Origin: Eukaryota sp. TZLM1-RC
Taxonomy: Eukaryota > Protista > Metamonada: BaSk clade
Assembly (NCBI GenBank): GCA_040285825.1
Contig: JAUPSS010000003.1
Location: 1,488,001-1,552,000, forward strand
DNA length: 64,000 bases
Direction of reading: 5' to 3'
Shown here in pieces: positions 45,101 through 55,051 of the stretch. How positions within the stretch are numbered: position 1 is the stretch's first letter; each line of letters begins with the position of its first letter. Position numbers and translations under genes: made by a program. A model generated the notes under the pieces. That model was not told where the DNA came from, made no database searches, and saw only the letters and a list, made by a program, of their open reading frames with translations.

Positions 45101-46082
45101 TGGACACCGCAAACCCAGGACCTGGAACGCTGGTGATGTTACGTAAACAAGAATAAACAGAGCAAAGAGCTGAAAGGACAGAGTGAGAGGAGAAGCTGGA
45201 AGGAAGGGAATTGGTGAGGAAAGAGGAGAATAGCTTTAGTATAGGAAATAAAATGCAATCTCTGAAGTAATACACTTCTATAGGAGTCTTTTTTATTTTG
45301 AGCCATTTAAAAGAGCTATTCATTTGAGTGAGCTGATGTAATAGCTCAGGAGAACCAAAAGGATCAGAATGATTAAGACTTGATGGATTTGATTGAAATT
45401 TTGATGGAAGAAGCTGGAGAAGAAACAAAGTATTGAAGAACGGTTCCATTTCTTTACTGACAAACTCATCATAAGAATTGGAAATCATCAAGCTGATGAA
45501 ATTAGATTGTAATTGAATAAAATAAGGGTCAAATGTTTTTAAATAAACACAATGATCAATAATTGTTTTTAAAAAACTTTGTGATTTATTTTCCCTAGTG
45601 AAATGAATTGATTGCTTGAAAACACCAACACATCCAGTATCACGGGAAGAGAGCCTGAATGAGGAGAGGAAAAGAGTTAAAATCATGACGTTAAGGTCAG
45701 GACTTCGCTTGAATGGACCAGAAATCAGTGGAAAAAGGAAGTCATCCAACACTCTCAGATCATTTGCCTCAACTCTGTATTTATGAAAAGGGGCATGTAC
45801 ATCGAGAGTTTGTTCAGAAGACAGCTGAAAGACGTCAAACCACCCACCCTCTTCGTATGAAGCATTGGTTAATTCGATTTTGGGTTGCTTTAGAAATTGT
45901 TGATGGAGTTTAAGGATCGCAGGCGATCGAGATGAAGAGAAGTATTCAATGGCTTGATTCTGTATATACTCTGGAACAAGTAATTCAAGCAAGAGAGTAA
46001 CCAAATCATTAACCAAGTCTTTGTTTGTGATGGTTTCATTGAGAATCGACTCATGCCAAAAAGATGACACTTTCGATATCAT
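42165..46082 (-). CDS. AQR: Intron-binding SF1 RNA helicase Aquarius, divergent
   Basis: Motifs FLSFDDY, VGPPGTGKT, VEEAS, SLFTRL.RLG....LD.Q.R, LYRWRY, DEFQG.Q.D.IL.SLV and RITVLLSR. Confidence 0.82.
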   Translation of the reverse strand: MISKVSSFWHESILNETITNKDLVNDLVTLLLELLVPEYIQNQAIEYFSSSRSPAILKLHQQFLKQPKIELTNASYEEGGWFDVFQLSSEQTLDVHAPFHKYRVEANDLRVLDDFLFPLISGPFKRSPDLNVMILTLFLSSFRLSSRDTGCVGVFKQSIHFTRENKSQSFLKTIIDHCVYLKTFDPYFIQLQSNFISLMISNSYDEFVSKEMEPFFNTLFLLQLLPSKFQSNPSSLNHSDPFGSPELLHQLTQMNSSFKWLKIKKTPIEVYYFRDCILFPILKLFSSFLTNSLPSSFSSHSVLSALCSVYSCLRNITSVPGPGFAVSMFLAYFTPRHLENFEPFIQSESRDGVLNLIDLHALLSIGLEPSINQRFCLIDCIGHALSRIPIKFQRQLFYLLSELDTNVISYLVDRNNRNYLSWVPSQRISDSFSRLIIYSGLETWHPTERLIIGLTSREFIPPELSLRFLSFDDYVRRLAVLNRCSVSSSCVDGLRTLLSTEERLHQQGEGMIFGPITSLTKEKGQIEIKFLVSNSEYLKEFEEGNIVYVLVVKFKDGVDADMSKVSKIRGGHVTSFEFVKTGSFTPSDIIFDNGIHNNGSQKDSNFDPYLITCRFSSDNSFLNPKEFPCHPLETSSNQSEIDFDAVYFPIPQLGAQFSTLKNLALLKRNESSLKPWLCDILIGNFDKKSVLLDQFPSEISLFSNTEPWELTRFISEFGSNYLDSFSFKFDSMIGNSINLRVNNHTCIVNIHSSSFKPYYSQLKALLIPFFCRISLIVGPPGTGKTKTSTKLVENLVRSCENSSKILVTSHSNLAVDQIIENLAVSTVGKAQQIFRFGRHATSDSSCRFTLNGKVDYILAKFKFIIQNLKVLQNAELEAIVAQTIKAIDSLNFRNISKFIDEITQLISNTTFQSSITTTSMELYFKLFCDDSFTPQLFYSKLSELFQFLQDSIHVLKLRNLQKKHHFIRTANIVAGTVNSLVQNLDVLNAYNIDTLLVEEASTITEPELLPIFTTKPIRIILIGDDKQLRPFVPTPLLTRPGLNVSLFTRLQRLGITPTVLDIQARTFSEIADLYRWRYDGLKDSDVERERLLCIENSFCWVDIDRKGGSQTEICENEGKFVFYLVQYLLQNSKHNSIAILTPYKKQKRYLEEIFTKISALHQTKSSNFFVIRTIDEFQGRQADIILVSLVSKSPVPSAFLKDLHRITVLLSRSRKSLVIVGKRTSFGKCTEWRPVFRAFERRPHDLKLHFNSGYVFVNTFNDIIRLLQDPVILDQRDAKDIITIPEERVLTDLEREFLGLGVGGK

Positions 46083-46290
46083 TGGCTATTGAAGTGACAA
46101 TAGCTGTGTAAGGCCTCTTGACCAGAGAGAGAGATCTTGAAGTTTGATGAATGTTGAGAAAAGTCTTTGGATAATTCAACTATATATATACAATTATTTT
46201 ATGTGGTTGTGGTTGACACAAAATCAAAATTGACTTGAACACTCTCAAATAATAATACATTTACAAACAAAGAATAGTTGAATTTCTAGT

Positions 46291-47781
46291 TTAATTTCTA
46301 TTTGCTCTGGGCTGCATATCTAAACTTAATTGATAAAGCATCTTATCATCAATCACTTCATGGTTCTCTACATCCACCATACAACTATAATCAATACTAC
46401 TGAAATCCAATTTCCTTGCAGAGCCTTGCCAAGTTAGACACTGCGTAATTGTATTGTACGAAAGCATTGCTCTATAGAAGTTTAACTGACTGTTTACAAC
46501 TTTAGGATTTCCATCTTCGATAAATGTTAAATCCCGCAAAAAAACTCCAAACCATGGAGCCACAATATCATTTCTAGAAAGAGAACGTAGAGCTGATCTA
46601 TATAACTTATAATTACCTTTTGGATTAATGAACTGAGTTAATTCTTGTACTTTTGCCTTGGTCTGTGGTGTTATTTGGGCTTGAATTGCGTTAAGTCTCT
46701 TGACAGCAGCATTTGTTACACCAATCACAACAGCTGAAGCCGCATTAAAGGAATTATCATCAAATAGTTTCTCAGCAAGGGCTATAGACTTTAAATAGAG
46801 ATTTTTTCTTTCCTTATTATCTTTAACTTTTAATATGGAATAAGTGACGTAATTACTCAATTGATTAAACAACTGAATATTTCGAACAATTCCTGGCACT
46901 AATTCTTTCTTTTTAACATATTTTTGGCCAATAAAATCATTAGGCTTCATTGCCAGATAACTTTGCAAATCCACATGAGTCAACACTTTACTTAAATGAT
47001 CCAACTCAAACTCCCAAAAGGATTTAGTTTTCTGGGTCTCAGGAGGACAAAGGGAAGTAGTGAGGTCGACAGAGGTATTATCTGGGGGGTTATCAATCAA
47101 ATCACGTATTTGATTGGCCGCTAATTGATGACCGTTTGACTTCAATTGACTCAGCCAATCAATCACATCATCCATCATTTGATTGCTAATTAACTCTCTC
47201 CTAATCTCTATAAATTTATATATAGCCCTGGCAGTCGACCTCTCAACCGGATGCTTGATGGAAACAATCCAAAACTTCTTTTGTGCAGGAGTAGCATTAG
47301 TAGGAGGCGGAACGTTGAAACGATCTAGGAGTTTCTTGAGGACCACAGAGGGAGAGGTCCATATGTCAAAGAAGTGAAAGAAGACCTCTTGGAGATAAAG
47401 AGGAGCATCTTTATCGGTAATAGTGAGCAATAATCTGTTAAGTGAAGCGTGTTTTGGAACAAGTTGAGAGACGTGGCCTCCGGGACATGGGATAAGGATT
47501 GGGGTTTTGGGGGAAGGTTGTGGTTCTTCGTAGATGGGGAGGCTTTCCTGCAGAGATATGTCAATAGGTACATCAGGCTGTATGTCTATTTTTTCATAAA
47601 TAAGAAGACACGTATCAAAAGCAAACTTACAGGCCCGTTGAAGTTTAAGGATATGTGGGTTACGTTCATATAGTTCCAAATATGCATTAGTGGCAAGATC
47701 ATGCAGCTGTTCTATGGTAGCAGTCTCGTCAACTTCCAGTAAAAATGGGGCACTGTCAGTGACATGGACATATAGCTTCAT
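46291..47781 (-). CDS. Ras guanine-nucleotide exchange factor (REM + CDC25 domains)
   Basis: Motifs LLDRF, FNQLSNYV, NSFNAASAV, PWFGVFLRDLTFIEDGN and LYQLSL..QPR. Confidence 0.93.
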   Translation of the reverse strand: MKLYVHVTDSAPFLLEVDETATIEQLHDLATNAYLELYERNPHILKLQRACKFAFDTCLLIYEKIDIQPDVPIDISLQESLPIYEEPQPSPKTPILIPCPGGHVSQLVPKHASLNRLLLTITDKDAPLYLQEVFFHFFDIWTSPSVVLKKLLDRFNVPPPTNATPAQKKFWIVSIKHPVERSTARAIYKFIEIRRELISNQMMDDVIDWLSQLKSNGHQLAANQIRDLIDNPPDNTSVDLTTSLCPPETQKTKSFWEFELDHLSKVLTHVDLQSYLAMKPNDFIGQKYVKKKELVPGIVRNIQLFNQLSNYVTYSILKVKDNKERKNLYLKSIALAEKLFDDNSFNAASAVVIGVTNAAVKRLNAIQAQITPQTKAKVQELTQFINPKGNYKLYRSALRSLSRNDIVAPWFGVFLRDLTFIEDGNPKVVNSQLNFYRAMLSYNTITQCLTWQGSARKLDFSSIDYSCMVDVENHEVIDDKMLYQLSLDMQPRANRN

Positions 47782-47834
47782 AAATGAATAGAAAGAATGA
47801 GTTTCGGATTGAAGTTTAAATTATTAAATTAAAT

Positions 47835-48480
47835 TATAATAAAACCTACTGTCAATTTCCGTCATATTATTAGTTGTAAGAAATTTCTTCAATATCAGTC
47901 AGTTCTTCATAATGCCGTTCGTGATGTGACATACGAGATGTTTAAGTATTAGAATTTTAGTTGCAAAGTAGAACCGTTGTTGAAGCATTATAACGATAAT
48001 AATCTGTTTAATTCACGTCGAGGTGATTTAATTGCTCCTTTTGTGGATTTCTCTCAAGTTGTTGTTGATTTTACTACAGTTGATCCCTTTGCTTTTATTT
48101 ATCGTGATGATGTTTTAGTTAGTTCTAATGGTCATTTAAAAAAGGCTGAGGATCGTAAACGAGACAAATATACTGAGATATTAAATGATTTAAATAAGAA
48201 TCTTTGCTCGAAGTTTTCGTTTGTTCCTTTTGCCTTCTCGATTTTTGGCAACATTGGACAGTCTGCCTTGAATTTTCTCAATGATTTTGATAATTTATGT
48301 CGTTCAAGTGGTAAGAATTTTGCAGGGAATTTATGGAAGAATCGTATCATTTTCGCTTTGTACAGAAGTGTTCCCAAGTACTTGAGTCTAATGATGTCCA
48401 AACTTTATAAGGATTCATCAAGAGTTGGCGTGGAGAATTTTGTTTCTTATGTGTTTTAGTTTGTTTTGATTTGATTTGAT
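47835..48480 (+). mobile_element. 5'-truncated family R3 retrotransposon
   Basis: Close homolog of 39870-40932; RRGDL..DFTTVDP..KY; ends VENFVSYVF*. Confidence 0.9.
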
Positions 48481-48487
48481 TCTTTAT

Positions 48488-48700
48488 TTTGCCATTATTA
48501 ATAGATTACCACGGTTTTTCAATCGAGTATTTTTTTATTTAATTTTAATTTTATTCAAAACCTACAATCAATCGAATAAGAGAAGCTTCAGCTAGACAGC
48601 AAGCAGATAAGGATTTTGTAGAGGAAATCTTGGTTCAATGATAGTCGTCCCATTAGTTATGAGTTAATTTAATTAAGTGTGCAAATTCAATAAATATTAT
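48488..48700 (+). mobile_element. R2 3'-end stub containing a nested 38-bp R1-like stub (48530-48567, minus strand)
   Basis: Matches the R2 3' end. The duplicated site is TCAATCGAGTA/TCAATCGAATA at 48519 and 48568. Confidence 0.8.
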
Positions 48701-48767
48701 TATATTTGATTCTTCGTAGAAAATAAATTCAAAATTATATTGAAACAAATTAAATTATTATTAAAAG

Positions 48768-49468
48768 AAAAAATGTATCTGTTCGAATTCACCTCAGCTA
48801 ACTTTGTGACATGCTCTGAATTGTTCGAAATTGATAACTTATCGTTCTTCATTACATGACGCTGTTGGAGACACTGTTTTTAATATGGCACAAACTGCAA
48901 GAATTTCATGTATCAAAGATCCTTGGCTGAAGGAAACACTGTCATTGAATAATTTTGGCTCTGATGATAGAGGTGATGTATACTGTGATTGGATTGATAA
49001 TTCTGAAGCTGTTGTTGACTTTGTCTCATGTAATGTTGCAAATGACACTTTGGTTCACAGAAGAAAACTCAATTCTGTCAGCGCTCTTGAATTTAAAGCT
49101 AAAAAGACTTAGAAAATATGACAAAGATATCGAAGAAGCTAATGCTGATAGAAACAGACCTCTTGTTTTTATTGTTTTCCCATTTTCTAGAAACGCAAGA
49201 CCATCATTAGAAGCAGAAACTTTTTTGAATGACTTCCAAAAAATGGTTCAAGAAAAAACAATGAAAAGATTTGATATTATTTTATGGCGTTCTCGAATTC
49301 AATTTGCCATTATTATTAGATTACCTCAGTTTTTCAATCGAATTAGAGAAGCTTTAGCTAGACAACAAGCAGATCAAAATTCTGTAGAGGAAATCTTGGT
49401 TCAATGAATTTCGTCCCATTAGTTATGAGTTAATTTTGTCAAGTGTTCATGTTCAATAAATATATATT
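48768..49468 (+). mobile_element. 5'-truncated family R2 retrotransposon
   Basis: RSSLHD..RGDV..DF motifs, frameshifted; ends SVEEILVQ*. Confidence 0.9.
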
Positions 49469-50372
49469 AGAAGTTTAAATGGGGGCTCATTACAAGCCAA
49501 TTATTCTAGTTTATTGACTTTTGAATTCATGACGCCATCGTAAGTTGTATCAATTTTATCAATCAAAATGATTACTCTAATATCTCTGTCGCTTGTTTCT
49601 CCAAATATTTGTCAGTCGATGCTCTAATCCTGTGATGGTCCACTTAATGCATTCATACGTAACGTTTTTAACCTGTCATAAATGAGTTTAGGATCTCCCT
49701 GAAAATTTGACGTTTTCGATAAATTGAGAAATTTGAAATTAAACTCAAATATCCAGTATCTATTTTGTGGAAGTACACTACTGAATAAAAGTAAATCAAA
49801 ACTAATGGGACAAAATACAGTGAACCAAAATTTCCTCTATAAAATCCTGATCTGCCTGTTTTCTCTTTGCTACTTCTATTCGAAGAAAAACTGAAGTAAT
49901 CTATTAATAATCTTACAATCTTCAATTAATCTATAACTAATCTTTGGTAATTAAATATAGTGAATGGAATTGGTAAGTGATTAAAGGATATCAAATCTTT
50001 TCTACTGCAAACCCAATCAAAATTCATTAAATTCTGTAGTGGTTTTTGGACTTCGTTAACTTGTATTTGGGTGATGTTTGATGACTTTCGTGCTATTAGT
50101 TAACAATTTATCAACTCAGGCGTTGAAGTTTTAATAAATAAGTTAATCATATCGATTAAGATACTACAAAGGTGTCAGTGGCTGTGGAGAAGAATGTTTA
50201 TTGCAGTGCCTTGATAATTAGCATGGAAAGAAACATGTATTTGTTGGGTTACCACATTGTTTATAAAACCTGATAGAAAGTCTATACACAAACAAGCACT
50301 TTCCTATTATAGAGAGCACTATTATAATACAAATAATTAGAATTAGAATTAAATAAATAGCAAAAACAACAC

Positions 50373-53072
50373 CTATCTCAGCACAGAATGACCAGAAACT
50401 TCACCAGAGAGTCTACTCAGATCTTGAAAAACCAACAACAAATGCTGGAAGTTTGTCAACAGTTGCGAATAGTCACCATTAATCAAGCAAAACTCCAGCT
50501 GTGAAAGTAATGTACTAGAATCAGCTTGAATCTGCGCCACAGGAGAAGTGGAAAGAATGCTTTGAATATCAGCTCTAGAGAAATGAGGGACAATGGAAGG
50601 ACTTAATTCATTGGGATCCAGCACCTTGGAGCGGAGTTTGGGCTCACAAAAAGTGATTAATTGCTGCATTTGATCACCAAAAACCTTCACAATGGATCTA
50701 ATTATATCAATAAATGACTGATTGACCTTTTTTCTGATTGATTTTGATTGACTTTCAGATGTCAATTTCAAAGAAGACACTTGAGACTCTAAAAATTCCA
50801 CCTTCTCCGATAAGGAATTTGATTCTTCTTTGTTGGTCTTCAAAGATGACGTGAGGTCTTGAATAGTCTTTTTCTGAGCTTTTAAAGTCTCGGTGAGATT
50901 CTTTAACCGTGAATTCAGCATTTTAATTTCATTTCTCTTTTCCCCAACAACAGACTCTAATTCTGAAATTTTCGTCCTGAGCACATCAACTTGATCTTCA
51001 TTACGACTATCAGTTCTTGATCTGTGTTGCTGCAACTTGGAATTTAATTTAGAAACTTCCTTTTGTAAATGAGAAAGTTTTGAATGTTCTGATTCCATAA
51101 CAGACGAAAAAGCTTCTTTTTCTTCTCTAAGAGCCTCAACCTCTGGCCGCAGAGTTTCTAAAAGGTTATCTTTTCTCTTGACGTCGTGAGAAAGTTGTTT
51201 TATTTTAGATTTTAGACCAGAAACCTCATTAATCATTCGGCTATTGGTTTCCTTTTGCTCTTTCAGCTCAGTTAATAACCTTTTCCTCTCAGAATGATTG
51301 CTTGCGGGCTTTTGAGTCACTTTTTTCGCCTTGTCTACTTCAACATGATCCTTTTCCCTATATTGTTGCAACAATTGAACAAACTTTTCCCTATCAGCTT
51401 CCCTTTCAGCAGTTATCAACTGGTTTCTTTTATTTAATAAAGCAATTCTATTAGAAAGAACTGTGAGTTTTAATATTTTTTGAAGGGAAACATCCGCAAT
51501 AAAGGAAGCATTTAAACAAACCTTAGCCTTCATTCCACCCATTTTAGTAATTGACCGTTCATAAAAGGAAACCCGTCTTCGTAAGTCAGAAATGATTGAT
51601 TTCTGTCCAGAAATAAGACTGGCAGCGCGATTAACCCTTATTTTTCTTGGTGAAAGGGCCGCTAAATGAGCCCTAGACGTAATCACAGTTGCCATTGTAT
51701 CTGACTGCAACTGATTGATTGATTCCAGACAGTTTCCTTCTACATTCCGCATTTCCTCCAAGACCTCTATCACCGTCTGAACAAAAGATACTCCTTCTTC
51801 CAACTCAGCAGATCCAAACCAATTACTCACAGCTGGAGCATTTGACAAGAGTGTGGGGATTGTCTTGTCGGGAAGGTCTATAGAGGGAAAGACTGGAAGT
51901 TGAGTGGTGAAGGGGTCAGTTTGGGAGTACTTTTGGACCTTTCTGAATGGGATTACTTGAATTCCTACTGATTGAAATGATTTTTCTTGTTCTTGACAGT
52001 CGGAAAGTTCTTTTCTTACAGTTTCCAGCTCATTTTGACACTTGTCATAATCAATATTGAGCTGATCACGTTCCTTTCTAATTGTCTCAACTTCCTCTCT
52101 CAACAACCTCACCTGTCGCGCCAGTGAATCCCTTTCAGCCTCAACCTGTGACACTCTTCCCAATATTTCAAGTCTTGAGACTTCCTCTGACTTGTAGTCT
52201 TCTTTTACCTTGGACAATTGCTCTTCCAAAATATTGTACTCTTGAATTAGGCTCTCTTGATCATGCATAGAAGCTCCTAGTTTGGCTTCCAAAAGATTAT
52301 TATCGTGTGATAATTGGCTCAATTCTTTTGATTTAATCTCCATTTGTACTTCAAACTCTGCGCATTTGTTCATGTAGTTTGAGCATTCTTGTCTTAATCT
52401 CGATATAACCCTACAGGCTTCTTTTAACTGAGTTAATTCTAGGTCAGATTTCGATTGACTTTGATGGAATTCCTGAGAAACTGTTTGAACACTCATATCG
52501 GCAACTTCTTTTTGAGCTGACTGACTAATGATTGACAGTTCTGATTGAAGTTCAGACAACCTTTCCGTTTGCTTACTCAATTGAATATTTTGCCTCTGAA
52601 TAATACTGGATGACTGTGAATCCAAGGCCGAGAGCTTCTCAATCCTCAAGTAACACGTCTCTAATTCCTTCTCCTTCTCGCTTAGTGAAAGTAACAAATC
52701 TTTCTTGCTGGCACGAAGGTCTGAAAGAGAGGAATTTGCCTTTGAAAGTTTGGAATGAAGTTCAGTAAGTTCAGAGGTCTTCTGCTCATTGGACTCTAAA
52801 AGTTCATGTATATCGGTGTAGGTGAGACCAGTTTGGATCAACTTAGTGGACGTATCAGTAGGGGAAGTTGAGGATGTAGAGGATAAAAGATGAAGTTTAT
52901 TCTCAAGTTGTTGAATGACAGACTCATACTGTTGATTGGATGACGACAATTGTGCTGCAAGATCATCACGTTTTGAACGAACATCAGCGAGAGAAGATCT
53001 GAGTTCTGCAATGGTTCTGTCCTTCGCCTGAAAAGCTGCTAAGACTCTTCTAGAAGTCTCTTCCTCCAACAT
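50373..53072 (-). CDS. Long coiled-coil protein of unknown function
   Basis: 899-aa ORF with heptad-rich E/K/L/Q/S composition. Confidence 0.8.
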   Translation of the reverse strand: MLEEETSRRVLAAFQAKDRTIAELRSSLADVRSKRDDLAAQLSSSNQQYESVIQQLENKLHLLSSTSSTSPTDTSTKLIQTGLTYTDIHELLESNEQKTSELTELHSKLSKANSSLSDLRASKKDLLLSLSEKEKELETCYLRIEKLSALDSQSSSIIQRQNIQLSKQTERLSELQSELSIISQSAQKEVADMSVQTVSQEFHQSQSKSDLELTQLKEACRVISRLRQECSNYMNKCAEFEVQMEIKSKELSQLSHDNNLLEAKLGASMHDQESLIQEYNILEEQLSKVKEDYKSEEVSRLEILGRVSQVEAERDSLARQVRLLREEVETIRKERDQLNIDYDKCQNELETVRKELSDCQEQEKSFQSVGIQVIPFRKVQKYSQTDPFTTQLPVFPSIDLPDKTIPTLLSNAPAVSNWFGSAELEEGVSFVQTVIEVLEEMRNVEGNCLESINQLQSDTMATVITSRAHLAALSPRKIRVNRAASLISGQKSIISDLRRRVSFYERSITKMGGMKAKVCLNASFIADVSLQKILKLTVLSNRIALLNKRNQLITAEREADREKFVQLLQQYREKDHVEVDKAKKVTQKPASNHSERKRLLTELKEQKETNSRMINEVSGLKSKIKQLSHDVKRKDNLLETLRPEVEALREEKEAFSSVMESEHSKLSHLQKEVSKLNSKLQQHRSRTDSRNEDQVDVLRTKISELESVVGEKRNEIKMLNSRLKNLTETLKAQKKTIQDLTSSLKTNKEESNSLSEKVEFLESQVSSLKLTSESQSKSIRKKVNQSFIDIIRSIVKVFGDQMQQLITFCEPKLRSKVLDPNELSPSIVPHFSRADIQSILSTSPVAQIQADSSTLLSQLEFCLINGDYSQLLTNFQHLLLVFQDLSRLSGEVSGHSVLR

Positions 53073-53101
53073 TGTAACATTAAATTAAGATAAAGAGAAT
53101 T

Positions 53102-55031
53102 TATTATTTGTATTGTTGCTTATATGGATGACATTTCTATTATCGGTTCTTGTGAAAGCATTTGTAGGGTTTCTGAAGGCAATGCTGCGAAATACAACGA
53201 CAACGGATGAGCCTTGAGTCCAGCTAAATGTCTCTTGATTGGAAGAACAAAACAATCTTCATTGATTGATGGTATTCAACTTCCCTTTATTAATTATGAA
53301 CAACAAACCTTGGAGTTTCTTGGATGTTGGTTATGTATTTTACATGAAATTTATTCCCAGTTGAACAATTTATTGGAGAATTTTGACAAAAATCTTAGTT
53401 TTATTGCTGAATTTGATATTGAAAAACACATCAAATATTTTATTTTAAAAATTTGTTATTCTGGAAAATTCACTCATATTTTAAGGTCAACTCCTCCTTC
53501 AGTGTCTCTTGATTTTTGTAGATCCTTCAACAAACTTCGGGTCCAATTTTTTTCCTCATTATTGGAGGTAAATGAATCTTTAATTCGAAGTCATGTTTTT
53601 TGTTCTGCTGATTTAGGTGGAATTGGTTTCACGAAATCTTCGATTTTATGTAAAGCAGCTTTTTTAGGAGGTGGAAAAAATTTTGTTTTTGAATTTTTTC
53701 AAAGGTTTCCTTATGATATTCATATGATCCATGGTGAATCATATTTTTATTTGAATCAACTTCAATTCAATTTGCCATTATTAATAGATTACCGCGGTTT
53801 TTCAATCGAATTAGAGAAGCTTTAGCTAGACAGCAAGCAAATCAAGATTTTGTAGAGGAAATCTTGGTTTAATGATAGTCGTCCCATTAGTTATGATTTA
53901 ATTTAATCAAGTGTGCAAATTCAATAAATATATTATCAACTTCAAATCGAATTAGATAATTTGCCTAGTGATAACTGGATTCAGTGTTTTCCTCAAAATG
54001 TTCAAGAAATTCCCACCCGATCACTTCCAAATTTACGTTTTTCCTTGAAAAACATCAGCACCATGTGGTTAAATTATATGAAGGCTTGGATTATGAAGTA
54101 AATTTTGGCTTGGCCAAAACAGAAAATACCGCTTTTGGTAATTTTTTAAAGGATATTCGTGATAGCTCTGCTGCTGCTTTAGTCACTCAAATTCCCTCTG
54201 TTTATGGACTTTCGTTCAAAAACAATGAATGGTTTTTAAACATACGTTTGCGTTGTTTTCTGTGGCCAAACAATTTGCCCATTCATTTAACTTGTAATTG
54301 TGGTAAACCTTTTTTGTATACTCATCTCTTGAACTGTCAACGTTTCACAACATTGAGAAGCAAAGTGCATAATAATGTCAGACACCAAATTTATGTAATG
54401 TGCAAATCCCATGGAGTAGATTCCTTTTGAGAGCCGTTGTTATCAAAATTAATTCTTGATGACCCCAATATTGATAGTAGGCGTTACAACAGAGCTTCTA
54501 TGTGTCTGACAAGAGGTGATCTAGTTGTTCCCGGTTTAAATGGTAGTTTTACTATTTTAGATGCCATTTCTATTGACCCTGATAATTCTTCTAACGAACA
54601 TCTCATCAACTCGGATGTAAATAATCCTCTTCTTGCAGGCGAAATACATAAAATTGCAAAATATGCGGAACCCATTTCCTCAGTTAATGAAAATTCTCAT
54701 GCCCAATATAATTTTTGTCCCTTGTTTTTCTTTGCTTGGATCTCTAGGTAAGGCTGCTATGGCTTTCCTTGAGGATTTTGTTGTAGTTGTAAAGAGAAGA
54801 ACTGGAAGAATTTTCAATCGTGTTGACTGGCAAAACAGGATTGTATTATCTATTTTTATGGGAATGGTAAAACTAATTTCTGATTCACTCTCTTCTTTGG
54901 GGAAATTTTCTGAATCTTTAGCAATCAATTGTTTTGATGTAGGGGAGACAGGCTTTGAGGATGTGGAGTTTTAATTGTGTATTTTATGTTTTCATATTTC
55001 TTGTTGATGGAATAAAATAACATAATCAAAA
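53102..55031 (+). mobile_element. 5'-truncated R1-related retrotransposon with 15-bp TSD AAGATAAAGAGAATT (53087-53101 / 55032-55046)
   Basis: Begins at the RT motif IVAYMDD; GGIG, CNCG..HLLNC..RSKVH and RGDL motifs; ends EDVEF*. Confidence 0.92.
53766..53934 (+). mobile_element. Nested 169-bp R2 3'-end stub with TSD ATCAACTTCAA (53755-53765 / 53935-53945)
   Basis: The sequence matches the 3' end of the 61.2-kb R2 copy, and the host element resumes after the duplication. Confidence 0.9.
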
Positions 55032-55051
55032 AAGATAAAGAGAATTGTTGA

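Noticed and set aside
50373-53072. Weak resemblance of the N-terminus to centlein-like proteins
   Set aside because: Coiled-coil similarity is unreliable by eye.
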